A stretch of 64,000 nucleotides of DNA, from positions 1,269,959-1,333,958 of the forward strand of contig CBFFSA010000003.1 of NCBI GenBank assembly GCA_965644495.1, in the 5' to 3' direction. Source of the stretch: Perkinsela sp. CCAP 1560/9. Its lineage: Eukaryota > Protista > Euglenozoa: Kinetoplastea. The notes under the pieces are model-generated. The model had not been told where the DNA came from. It saw only the letters and a list, made by a program, of their open reading frames with translations, and searched no databases. Positions 1 to 11,523 of this stretch are shown piece by piece. Both the position numbers and the translations under genes were made by a program. The stretch's first letter is position 1; every line of letters starts with the position of its first letter.

Positions 1-1148
1 GACCTCAAAGGCATAAACATTTGCGACGACCTTTTGGTGAAAGTGAAGCATTATTTCACATAAAAAATATTTTTTTTTGTTAATTTTTTTATGTGTTCTA
101 AATGTTGCGTTATCATATTTTACGTGCATTGAAAGTATTTTTCTGACTTTTGTTTACATACAGCTGTACGTTTTTCGCGGTGACGGTACGCTTGGTAGTG
201 GGGAAGAAGCGCGAGGTAATCGGCTGAGGTTCGGCGCAGAAATTGTGAAAAGTAAGCTAAAGAGAGGAAAACATGAAGATTATGCCCTTCGTCGCCTATT
301 TTAGCACCTCAAATGACATTGCGAGAACGTGGAAATCGTTCTAGAACAAGGGCAAGAGAGTTAAGTTTTTCTTTTTTGCCAAAATAGGGCCATAATAAAT
401 GTTTTAAAAAAGTGTGAAATAATGCTTCACTTTGACCGATTTTTTTGTATTTTTCACTATTCGTTTCGTCATTTTCAGCTATTTGGTCTATCTTTACATG
501 CCTTTCAATCGGTGTGTTGGTTTTTCTTGTCGACGAAAGCTAACAATAAGTAAGATTTCAACTTGGACCGAAAAGCAGTGCGTGGAGTGGCTACAAAACC
601 ATAAGTTGGTGGCTCAAAAGGTCATACATGTTGTAAGCAAAAAACAAGTTATCCGAAATTTTGATGCAAATACATGTAGTTCCAGATCGAATTGCTCATC
701 ATCCGATGGTAGAAAGGTAACAAAAATGAACTCTCAACACTTAACAAGCATACACTTTCTATAAAGCTCACACTACTGTTTGAAACCAAGAATCCATATC
801 CAAACACTACAATTAACTCATAAACAAGACGTCATGACTATAACCAAAGAAAACAAAGTAACCTTCCCATCACACAACTTCTCACCTCTCAGCTTGCGAA
901 CGGGTCACGCGGGGACCACCCATTCGCACGTACTCCAATCACCCAATCGCTTGTATGGCAGATAAATCCAGTGCCTACTCCAGACGTACCTACCATTACA
1001 AAACATTTTTTTTTATATATACATTGTATATTTATATATATATATTTATATATAGAGATATACATGTAGATATACATGTAGATATAAATATGAACTATAT
1101 CCTAGAACTACTTTTCTTTTTTAAATTTCATGTTGTCCAAAGTCTCTG

Positions 1149-2187
1149 CTACAATCTACTATACGGATCCGCAGGGTTATCCTCAGAACGAATATACTGC
1201 GCTTGGACTGCGATACCTCTCTTCTGTAAATAATTCAACAACCTACGAAGCTCTTCCGTGATCCCATCCGAGCTTGATACTTTCCGATTGACTGCAGCAA
1301 CGCAAGATGTATTATCCACAAACAGGTCTACACACGTTCCTTTCTCAAAATGTTGCCCGTACTTTTCAAATGCCAATCGCACTGCGCGGGCCTCCGCTCT
1401 ATTTACTTCATACTCAAATTCCTGAGGCCACTGTGCACCTGTGCACAACATCTGACCGTAGTCAAGATACAACACTGCGCCCCACCCCGTGGACGATGCG
1501 TCAGTACACAAAACATGCTGATGCGGAACTGTGTCCGGATGACACGGTGGATCAACAGGAGATCGATGTAATAGAGCATCACGCCATTCCGTAAGAGTAA
1601 CCCGCACAGGGGTCGGTAAAGGTACTTGCTGGTCAAGAAGAGACGGTTCTCTATTCAGCCGATTAATTCTACGGCGTACAATTTTTAATTCGAGATGAAA
1701 CTGTGGTAAATGCATACCCATCACCCCTGACGCAAAAATCATTCGACCCACCGCTGACTCCAAAGAACCATACGTTGCTGTAGCAAAATCGTCCTGCGTT
1801 AGACGGCGCGTTAATTTTGGACCTAACGATACCTTTCCTAGGCCATGGTGATACGTGATACCATTAAACGTGTAGGTCTGCGATGGAGGGGCTCCGGCAT
1901 CCTTAAAACGCGCATTGACTTCCCTAGCCCGGTTGTCTACGAACCTGACGTATTGTTCAGCGATCACTTCGCTCCCCGCAAAACGGATACCATCTATATA
2001 AACATCGGCATTATCTGAAGAAAACGCGGCATCCGCGGTACAAAATTGCTTATCCCCTGCCAGCGTCGCTGTTAGTACATGCATTATTTCGGGTGCACAC
2101 CGATGCCCCATAGGCATTACATTCATTTCAAACAAATCGCCTTTCGCATCCTTAAATCGAAACTTCTCTCTACATGCTAAAGGAATA
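1149..2187 (-). pseudogene. RT/RNase H C-terminal part of YR element 1
   Basis: MPMGHRCAP, YIDG, RNaseH motifs CTDASSTGWG, NRAEARA, VDN, NPADPYSR; joins 4182+ as WQVVIPLACR once pogo is removed. Confidence 0.9.
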
Positions 2188-2229
2188 CTGTGACCCCCCC
2201 CCCCTTTAATATGCACACGTTTTTGGAGT

Positions 2230-2340
2230 TTGTGCATAATAAAGGGGGGGTGCATAATAAAGGGGGGGTGCATAATAAAGGGGGGTGCATAATAAAGGGG
2301 GGGGGGTGCATAATAAGGGGGGGGTACATAATAAAGGGGG
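2230..2340. repeat. ~18-bp subterminal repeats (GTGCATAATAAAGGGGGG) of pogo
   Basis: About 6 tandem copies resembling the TIR core. Confidence 0.85.
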
Positions 2341-2883
2341 GAAGGAAAGGGTGAAACAAGGGGGAAGGTGGAAAGTGCGTACATGGTGCCAATGACATCG
2401 GTATCGAAGCAAGGGTCGATGACGGAGGGGAAGAGAGTGAAGGAACTGTTCTCGAGCAAAGATATTTTTCATGAAGCTTGTGTAACACTAATAAACAAGA
2501 AAGTGCTTAAAGTAAAAAATATAAAAAAATGTGCATACCTAAATACTAGTTACTAATGTAACTGATTCATAGGATACTATAATATTATTTCGAGTTTGTT
2601 GAACGCCCATAGTAGAATATGCCTGGAGAATCACTCCGAGGACTTCCACGACACCGAGTAAAAACCACAGAAAAACCCAGTTCCGTGGTAAAAAATAATA
2701 TTACAATATGAACCGTTGCTGTGGACGGAAATAAAGCTCGGGAGGTGAGGTTCGCTAAGCCCCAACATTTGCTTGACAATGTCCCTGACCCCATAAAGTT
2801 TTCAACTGTTAACGGACTCATCTTCAAAGTTCAAATCATTCACTAAATTCACAATTATAGAACAATCAGAATCAGAATCAGAA

Positions 2884-3912
2884 TCATCTTCCGGCACGTT
2901 CTCCACGGACACTTCTCCAAGGGTTTCTTCGGAATTTGTTGACTAACAACACGCTACGCTGACTAACATCCGCGTATATTCCAGTAAGAGCGGAAGCCTG
3001 GCGCGTCATTTCAGCATAAATGCCAGAACTCTCACGATTCTTGGCGCTGTGGTTGAATATAACAGTTGGGTAAAGAGGGTAAACCTTATCTAGAGCAAAG
3101 TCATATATTCCAGCCAGGAAGACGGTAACAGTTTCCTTGGGATTTGTGTCGACCACCTTCGGTTGCGGGCATCCGATCTGCGCTAGCGTATATCCTTGTA
3201 CCTCACCGTTTACGAACATCGCCGTTTCGTCCCCGAAAAAAGCAAAACGATATTTCCGAACAGCATTCTGAAGGTAAAATTTTTGCGCCCACTGTGATAT
3301 CCTATGTTCCACGTCTGCCGGAGCCAGGCACTGTATCCTTCCCCACCTTCTCCAAACCCACCCATAATGCTTCCGAAAGCGTGCATATGTGTCTTCCAAT
3401 GCTGAAACCGAAGTCAACTTCGTGTTTTGGCGTATTAGATCGATTACAATTGATTTGGTCAAGGGACACCACAAGGAAGATGCCTTTTCACAAGCACGAT
3501 GAACTTCACACATTGCCTCTGCCTTATTGTACGTGACAGACTCCGGGTCGTTGTAATGACCTCCTTTGGTGTTAAACCCTCTGTTACGATGCTGGTTCCC
3601 CATATCTCGATTTATTAATTTTTGATCATTCAATATCCCAGTCGCACGGATGTCGTACACTGTTCTCCGAGATATCCCGTACTTTTCTCGAATAGCCTTC
3701 ACCGAATCCTGGGATCGACAAATCTCGCGTTTGTCGTAAATTGTGAGTTCAACTCGCTGCCGCTTTTTTTCGTTTACCGTTGGAGGTGCATTCGTTTGTA
3801 GAACAGGTGCCCGTTCCCCTACCTGGGGGGAGGGTGGCGCTGACCGAGCCCATCTCGACAGCGGACCTTTTATCATATGCACGGTTGTCGGTACACCGTC
3901 CGTGTGCGGCAT
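2884..3912 (-). pseudogene. pogo transposase, C-terminally truncated
   Basis: CENP-B-like HTH (IREKYGISRRTVYDIR), FFGDETAMF; paralog of 17140-18630 but lacks the 2nd and 3rd Asp region. Confidence 0.85.
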
Positions 3913-4181
3913 GTGTTGACGAAGAGAAACAGATATAGCAGATAGAGAAAGCTAAAAAGTCTACAGTATTAACTTAATGTTGGAAGTTGGTAGCCTAAGT
4001 GACTTTCCAAACAGAATAAAAAAAGAAAAAATCAAATCGGTCCCACCACACGAACTTTCTTCAGCTTCAATTTTGTACATATTAAAGGGGGGGTCCCACC
4101 ACACATATTTTCTTCAGTCTCCGTTTTGTGCATATTAAAGGGGGGTAAGAAGGGGGTGCATATTAAAGGGGGGGGTCACAG

Positions 4182-4800
4182 TAACCACTTGCCAAAATCC
4201 ACATGCTAAGTCGCGCTTCACCGCCGTTTGTTCTTTTACACGATGCAAATAGTACGCTGCATGCTTTAACTCAACATGAGGATGATAAGTTTCCTTAATT
4301 CGCTCGTTGTCACCTTGCGTCCAAGCAATGAAACGCCGTCGCTCCGACCCATCTTCGGCGGGCTCAACAACCGTAAAAGGAATTGCCCAATCCCGCGACG
4401 GGCGCTTTGCAGCCTCGGCGGTAGTAACTCGTGTAATGAAGCCTTGGGCTTCCAACAATTCTACGTCACTAGCTGGTAAAAAAGATTTAAATTTCGGAGC
4501 GGGAGCTCGCTCATCGGGAACTTCTAACATCATTTTCCACGTCTGATCAAAACGAATACGTTGCTTTTCGTTCATCATTCCTCGTAGTTTACGAATATCC
4601 ATCTGTGGAATCCCACTTTTGATATGCAAAGGAAGACCAAAATCTTTCGTGGTCGCCACTTTAGACGTGCGACGCGTGCGTGTTATAGTATGTCTTACCT
4701 TTTCTGCTGGAACATCATCAATGTACTTGCTAAAAACAAGTTCCTCTTCTACCATATGTGCAGCTTTCTGGTCGCTTTCTGGGTCCCGAGGGCTAACGCC
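4182..4800 (-). pseudogene. RT N-terminal part of YR element 1
   Basis: IPFTVVE, RRRFIAWT, KRDLACGFWQ; matches 52802-54826. Confidence 0.9.
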
Positions 4801-5839
4801 GTTGTCACTGGGTCGGAATTGTACCGGAGTAACGATTCGATTGACTGGTGCTTTGCGAGGTGCTGTACCTCGTCGAGACGGACGTTGCCGTCGGCAACCT
4901 GCTTGAACAACTGCGTGATGGCCCCACGCTTTGCCGAATGAGTCCCGTATCCGCTGCCGAGAATTTTGCGTATTTTCGAATTCGCCTCCGTCACCGTTGC
5001 GTGTGACATTGGTTGGAGGTGTCCGAGTTTGTGTATGTTTGTTATAACGCCAGGCGATGCGTTCCCTCGCCCTCTACCACCGTATACATTGAGGGCCGAT
5101 ACGGGTTCAGACGGGACGTCTTTGTCTTCTGTCCCCACCAAATTACAATTCGCGTTGCGGATACCTCGTAAAAACGACCCCTGGTGAGCGTTGCTGTCTC
5201 CGTCCAACGGCTTGCCGCTTTCCAACACAGCAGCAATGTATGTTTTTCGCTTGACGGTAGGTGGATCCATAACATGTTCAATTGCGTGGGGGTGAGGGGA
5301 GACATCTGTCGGAACGGCTCTGCCGCTCCCTCGGCCATGAGGGATTTGATGTAAAAACGCAGGGGATTGGTTTGCATGCCGGCCATGCTTAGTATCGCCG
5401 CTACGCTCCGCGCGTAAGTCAACTTTCCCTGAATTTTGATCGGCATTTCGGCGATGAAAGTCACGGCGTGCAACGGAGTTATTGGAATTCCCTTCCAATT
5501 GCAGAATGTTGTTAGACGCTCCCACAGCTTGGCTCTGGCCTGCCACGTGGAGACGCTCCACATCTCCGACATTGCGTCCAACGCAGTGCGTACTTCTGGT
5601 GTGAGCACATTCACTCCCATTAGCAACTTCATGAGGCTTAGTCGCGCTGGCGCGGTCTGTTGAAGACTCAAAGTACCGTTGTACAATTGTCCTGAGGTGA
5701 TCAATCTCCCTTTTAAGTTCACCGAGTTGGGTGTATACTCCATGCTGCTTATTTTCCTTCTCTTCATCACTTGCGTAGAAATTACTGTCATTCGACATTT
5801 GAATTTTATGACAGTACTGGCCGTTAGGGTGGGGTCGTT
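4749..5839 (-). pseudogene. Tyrosine recombinase (frameshift near 5045)
   Basis: AASRW (R), KTKT (K), THSAKRG, AKH, LLRY; split across ORFs 5042-5791 and 4749-5912. Confidence 0.85.
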
Positions 5840-5891
5840 TCAAAGACTCTTGCTGCTTGAAGCAGGGCCAGCCACCCGCGCCCGAAAACCC
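5817..5891 (-). promoter_or_regulatory. Putative -1 ribosomal frameshift signal
   Basis: G GGT TTT in the gag frame (5885-5891), 7-nt spacer, pseudoknot GGGTGG/CCACCC plus CTGGCC/GGCCAG. Confidence 0.75.
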
Positions 5892-6335
5892 TGCTGGAAA
5901 CGTTTTGGGCAATTACACCACAAGTGCTCTGGGGATTGACACCCGAAACATAATAACTTGCGTTGAGAAAAATTAGACGGACGAGGCTGGGCTTGACCAT
6001 AACGTGCGGTAGAATAAACGTGAGCAGATGAATGAGCGACTGCGCGGGAGTGTTGCTTTTGACGTTCCACCAATTGTTCATTTACGTGGTGGTAAAACTT
6101 ATCATTGGGCCGCACTTCTTTTTGCAGCTTCTGGTGAACCAATCCGACATCTACCTGGCGAGCCTGCCAATACGCGTCGCGAACAGTCTAAATGATTGCA
6201 CGTCCCATTTCCAGATAGGGTCCTTCGTTCCAATTAGGGATCATCCGGGCAAAAAGAATCCACTTGCAGAAAACATTATAAAAAAAATCGCTCCTGGCGT
6301 ATGACGAATCCTCGATCCTGGTAATACTTGTTTCA
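5840..6335 (-). pseudogene. Gag C-terminal part with zinc knuckle
   Basis: CFGCQSPEHLWCNC; homologous to 46107-46991. Confidence 0.85.
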
Positions 6336-6339
6336 GTTT

Positions 6340-7917
6340 AGCCAACTTGACATTCCAACTGAACCAGTTCCGATATTTGCTGTTCATGCTCTCGCACAAA
6401 TTTGTTGAACCCCTTTCTGTTGCTCGATATTCGATATAGTGCTTGCAAATTAACCGGTGTGTCGTTACATATTGGCGTGTCGAAGCTGAGAGGTGCATCC
6501 TTTTTTGCTGGAATTCGAGGCATGTTTGCGCTTCCCGGATACTTGTCTTCAGCGATAACCACAACTCCTCGATATCCGTTGCTTCTATCTCTTGTCTCAC
6601 ATCTCGATTGCGTGTGTTATCAAAGTGCGTTGCAACGTTGGCTGCGAACAATTGTAGAATTCCAGAGTCACGCAAAAGGAACCAAGGAGGATAAGTGTGA
6701 CGTTTCTTCTTATGTACTTTCCATTTAATACAAGCTTCCACTGCATAATGCCCGGTGCTGATCGGAGGTTGTGTGACTCGATGTCGTGAAATTGTCGATG
6801 CAAACCGTCGAGTCAAAATAATGTGACCGAGCTTTTTGGTATAGCCATTGGGAAACCTGAAGGTCCACTCTCTCGCTGTAGGACAAACTTCGAAACCAGA
6901 GACAGCATCTGCATTATCCAAGAATGTTTGGAGACCACAGTACGCCGGTAGTTTTAGTTTTCCTTTTATAGATTGCGTCAAAGGAGCGTTAAAGTCTCCA
7001 TAACAGCTTTCAATTGACGTTTGTTTCGTACGAAAGAATCAGTAAGGCGTGCCATGAACACTTTACGTTCTTCTTCCGGAGCATCGGCAGTTGGCGCGTA
7101 TACATTGTACACCACAGCTTGGTAAGGCTCCATTTCTATTTCAGCATACGCAATTCTTTCGGATACGCTGAAGATGCGACGTAGAGAAAATCTGCTGATG
7201 AACATCAACCCTCCGTAACCATTGTCGGCAGATATGAAATACAAGAAAAAAGTGGTCGTCCCAATTCGTATCGTCTTGACCGGCGAATTTTCACACGTAA
7301 AGCGCGTTTCCTGTACACAACATATCTGTATATCACGCAGTTTTTTTTGACAGCACATGTTCGTAATCATTCATCGAAGGGTTCAAAAGTGCTTTTTGAA
7401 AAATTTACGAAAAAGAAGTCGCAGTTGGGCCCTAAAAAAATATGTATAAAATTGCTTTTTTAAGGGTAGTAATTCATCGAAGTGGACGTCTGGAAATGGG
7501 AAGGGGCATTGTGCAGAAAGGAATGGTAAAGATTCAGATTTCTTATAAGGAGGGGAAAGGAGAGGGTCCACAAGGTATCCTACACGAACGAGTAGACGTA
7601 GAAGTAGACATAATCTTGCGCAACGACGTAGCGATATCCTATCAACGCCGTCCAGTCCCAATGTAATCACGTTCAAAGTCATAATAGTCAAACCCTTGTT
7701 CCTGGCGTTGCACAAACAGGGTTTCTCGTGACTGAGGTTGCCACGCTCAGCCCCATTCCGAGGATAGTACCTCCGCCGCTTTCTCTTACGGGATCCTGAT
7801 CGCTGTGCCTTGACGCTTCCTCCTCAGACAACAACTCTGGCATCAACGGGGGGAAACGGGAATAGTTTATCCGGCACTCTTTCATACTTTACCCACCATC
7901 CCCCATTTCCATACCCT
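6340..7917 (-). pseudogene. APE-type LINE, degenerate endonuclease region
   Basis: IMTLNV, CVQETRF, GYGGLMFI, NVYAPT; homologous to 42610-44513; frameshifts and an internal insert. Confidence 0.8.
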
Positions 7918-9709
7918 GGTGGGTAATAGGTGGTAATTTACCACCTATTACCACATATTACCACATTTTACTGGCTACTCCAGTATAGAAAAATATTCCC
8001 TATGATTTCAATACATACAGTATGCAAAAAAACTGTTCACATGTGTGACACTTTTTTGTTGTTGGTGTTTCCCTGTGGCCAGGTGTCGTGTGCATTGAAG
8101 TAGTATATCAGAGTAGTGTACGCGTGGGTACTAGGTATAAAGTAGGTTATGTTGCCATAGAGCTTCCGACTCAATCGGCTTTAAAACAAAAGTGTGATCG
8201 TATGCAAGTAAAGAAAAACATGTGAACAGTTTTTTTGCAATTTCGAGGTAAGATTTTTTAGGCGAAAAACACAATTTACTGATGCATAAAAACGAAGTAT
8301 GTACCTTCAAATGAATACTAGCGGAACTCTTTCTTGTGTCTTGATTGATGTCTATATGCGCCTACGCATGCTGTCGACCAAGGAATGGCTTAACCTTGTG
8401 GTATGCTTGCTCATTCCTATTTGACCTGACTTTAGAGCTCCAGAACACCTGTGAATCGAGTTGCGCGACTTGCAATCGTTCTTTTTGGATGTTCTCTGTA
8501 TGTGTTCTGGGGCTCCGAGGTGCGCCTAATGGGCTGTACATTCTAAAATCGTGTAAATCACATTAACAGAGAAGATCTTCGTCAACTTGCGACGCGAACT
8601 CTCCTCCCCCGTTCATCTCTGGCGAATTCAGATCCACATGTAATCCACTCATTTTGAGCGGCTAAGGGCATTGTGTGGCATTATTCTTCATTATTAGCGT
8701 ATGAAAAATCAACGAACAGTTCAGTATTCGTGGCCCCTTGAAGCAGGACAATCTTACTCGTACCATTGAGTGATATGCAGCACTATCAGGCCACCACACT
8801 CAATGGTACCTTGGGCAGTACACTCATCTAGACCTTCGCCCAAAATTTTATACCCCTATTTAGTTCGAACATTTTGGAAAGATATGCCTGTTTTTTTATT
8901 GCTACGCATTTAGAACAGAAACGTATTTGTTCTGTATTTGATATTTCAATAGATCCTTCACAGGCGATGTACATACTCCAGTGGTAGAACAAAAGAATAT
9001 GTGTATAAAATTTTGGGCGAAGGTCTAGATGAGTGTACTGCCCAAGGTACCATTGAGTGTGGTGGCCTGATAGTGCTGCATATCACTCAATGGTACGAGT
9101 AAGATTGTCCTGCTTCAAGGGACCACGAATACTGAACTGTTCGTTGATTTTTCACATGCTAATAATCAAGAATAATGCCACACAATGCCCTTAGCCGCTC
9201 AAAATGAGTGGATTACATGTGGATCTGAATTCGCCAGAGATGAACGGGGGAGGAGAGTTCGCGTCGCAAGTTGACGAAGATCTTCTCTGTTAATGTGATT
9301 TACACGATTTTAGAATGTACAGCCCATTAGGCGCACCTCGGAGCCCCAGAACACATACAGAGAACATCCAAAAAGAACGATTGCAAGTCGCGCAACTCGA
9401 TTCACAGGTGTTCTGGAGCTCTAAAGTCAGGTCAAATAGGAATGAGCAAGCATACCACAAGGTTAAGCCATTCCTTGGTCGACAGCACGCGTAGGCGCAT
9501 ATAGACATCAATCAAGACACAAGAAAGAGTTCCGCTAGTATTCATTTGAAGGTACATACTTCGTTTTTATGCATCAGTACATTGTGTTTTTCGCCTAAAA
9601 AATCTTACCTCGAAATTTGCCAAAAAACTGTTCACATGTTTTTCTTTACTTGCATACGATCACACTTTTGTTACAAAGCCGATTGAGTCGGAAGCTCTAT
9701 GGCAACATA

Positions 9710-11266
9710 CAGGGGGGGTCATGAAAAGAGTGGGGGGTCTAAAATTTGTACCGTGCGAGCTTTTGACCTAATTCCTTCGGTATTCAACAGATCTCGAAAT
9801 TTTAAGACTACGTGAGTTATAACTACTTAGGCATATAAGGTTGAGTGATAATGGTGAGTCGGCAAAAAACAGGTTTTTTTGTTTTTTGCATATTTGGATT
9901 TTCTCATTATTTCATTATTGATCCCCCGTTTTTTTCTCGAAGAAGTCTGATTCGGGACGGGAAGCTCGTCAAAGTATTATTATACGATGCTTTCATATCA
10001 GATAATAGATAATCAAGCGCTTTTGGAATTGTAGCTTGTAGTTCCTTACGGTTTGTGGGGAGGAGAGTAAATTTTATGTGGTGATCCATCATGCTCCACA
10101 AATTTTCAATTAAATTTAAATCCGGCGACTTGGCAGGCCAATCAGGAATGCTGATACCCATGTCTCTACCGACGCGGCGAGCGTGATTATGGCCCGGAGC
10201 GTTATCCATGATCACTGTTGCCGCTGGTTTACGCTTTAACCAGTTGTAGAAACCATTTCGTTTTGGCATGGCAGAGAGAAACGTTTCGTTAGTGACCGTC
10301 TCATTCTCCGCAAACTCATGAAAACAGTGAACCTTGGGAACCCCCCATTCAAGGCTCACCGCCATCCAAATATGAACCCCCTTTCCTCCGAAATATTTCT
10401 CAACATCTTTTGGTACCTCAAGGGGTTCATCTGACCTTTTGCAAATGTACCAAATATTGCGTGAGTGGTACCCGCATTTAAAAATCTTTTCATCCGTCCA
10501 CAGAATACGGGCGTATTGAAAAGGGGTGAACCTCTCCAAACGATTTGCCAACTCCAGGCGGTCGAATTTGTGCTGAGGCGTGAGATGAGGAACTTTCCTC
10601 ATTTTTCTGCTTATGTACCCGCTCCTTTTCAGTGATCTTTTCACAGACGAAAGAGAGAATGGGTACTTGGTTTGATCGATCTGGCGGTGAACCCACCTCC
10701 AAGATGGACAGCCAATGGGACTATGTTGATTTTCTTCATCTACAATAGATTCTAACATTATTCGAAACTCTTCATTATCAATCGCATTCTTACGTATGTA
10801 TTTTATACGTTCTAACCCTCCTGTCTCCCGGTGGCGTTTAACCCATCGAGAGACAGTTGCTTCACTGCATTTCGTAAGAGCAGCAGTGTCTGTAATCGAA
10901 CGTCCCTGGTTTTGTACCTCATGGACGCAAATTACACGTGTTTCATAAGTGATTTGTTGCGTCGAGAGGGTGCGCCTCTGGCGGCGAAGTGTTTTCGGCA
11001 TAAAAGATGTGTTAGAAAGAGTTAAGTGGTATTTTATTCATAGATTAATGGGCTAAAATGATAAAAAATGATAAAAATCCGATTTTTTGCAGAATTTTCA
11101 GGTAAAAAATTCAGTAAAATTTTATCATGACGTCATATCAGCTTCAGGGGCGGCAACAATGGTGCCAGTAGTCTTAAAATTTCGAGATCTGTTGAATGCC
11201 GAAGGAAGGTCAAAAGCTCGCACGGTACAAATTTTAGACCCCCCACCTTTTTCGTGACCCCCCCTG
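9710..11266 (-). mobile_element. Tc1-like DNA transposon nested in the foldback arm
   Basis: ~100-bp TIRs starting CAGGGGGGGTCA; TA at 9708-9709 and 11267-11268. Confidence 0.92.
9907..11001 (-). CDS. Tc1/mariner transposase, apparently intact
   Basis: HTH (SEATVSRWVKR), WTDEK, IMDNAPGH, WPAKSPDLNLIENLW. Confidence 0.92.
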   Translation of the reverse strand: MPKTLRRQRRTLSTQQITYETRVICVHEVQNQGRSITDTAALTKCSEATVSRWVKRHRETGGLERIKYIRKNAIDNEEFRIMLESIVDEENQHSPIGCPSWRWVHRQIDQTKYPFSLSSVKRSLKRSGYISRKMRKVPHLTPQHKFDRLELANRLERFTPFQYARILWTDEKIFKCGYHSRNIWYICKRSDEPLEVPKDVEKYFGGKGVHIWMAVSLEWGVPKVHCFHEFAENETVTNETFLSAMPKRNGFYNWLKRKPAATVIMDNAPGHNHARRVGRDMGISIPDWPAKSPDLNLIENLWSMMDHHIKFTLLPTNRKELQATIPKALDYLLSDMKASYNNTLTSFPSRIRLLREKNGGSIMK

Positions 11267-11523
11267 TATACCTAGTACCCACGCGTACACTACTCTGATA
11301 TACTACTTCAATGCACACGACACCTGGCCACAGGGAAACACCAACAACAAAAAAGTGTCAAACATGTGAACAGTTTTTTTGCATACTGTAGTTCAAGAAA
11401 TGTCTTTAAACAACAATGCATATGCTATGCGACGTAATTACTGGTCTGTTCTACGCACTATGACATTTTATTTGTTCTTTAGACTGCTGTTTAACATTAT
11501 TTTATTCCTCCGAGAAATTCTAA

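Larger units (their letters stand above)
2188..4181 (-). mobile_element. pogo-like DNA transposon (internally truncated)
   Basis: TIRs CTGTGAC(C)nTTTAATATG; TA TSD at 2186-2187 and 4182-4183; excision restores the RT frame. Confidence 0.9.
780..6340 (-). mobile_element. VIPER/TATE-like YR retrotransposon, copy 1 (5'-truncated, interrupted by pogo)
   Basis: Order is gag (CCHC), YR, RT/RNaseH; colinear with copies at 36305-41368 and 45567-54826. Confidence 0.85.
8018..11388. mobile_element. Non-autonomous Tc1-like foldback element with ~835-bp TIRs
   Basis: Arm 8018-8852 is inverted at 9003-9709 plus 11267-11388; termini CAGTATGCAAAAAAA; TA on both flanks; ~150-bp spacer. Confidence 0.85.

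Noticed and set aside
432-764. Possible Merlin/ISXO2 transposase N-terminus (TEKQCVEWLQ)
   Set aside because: Too short and no catalytic motifs
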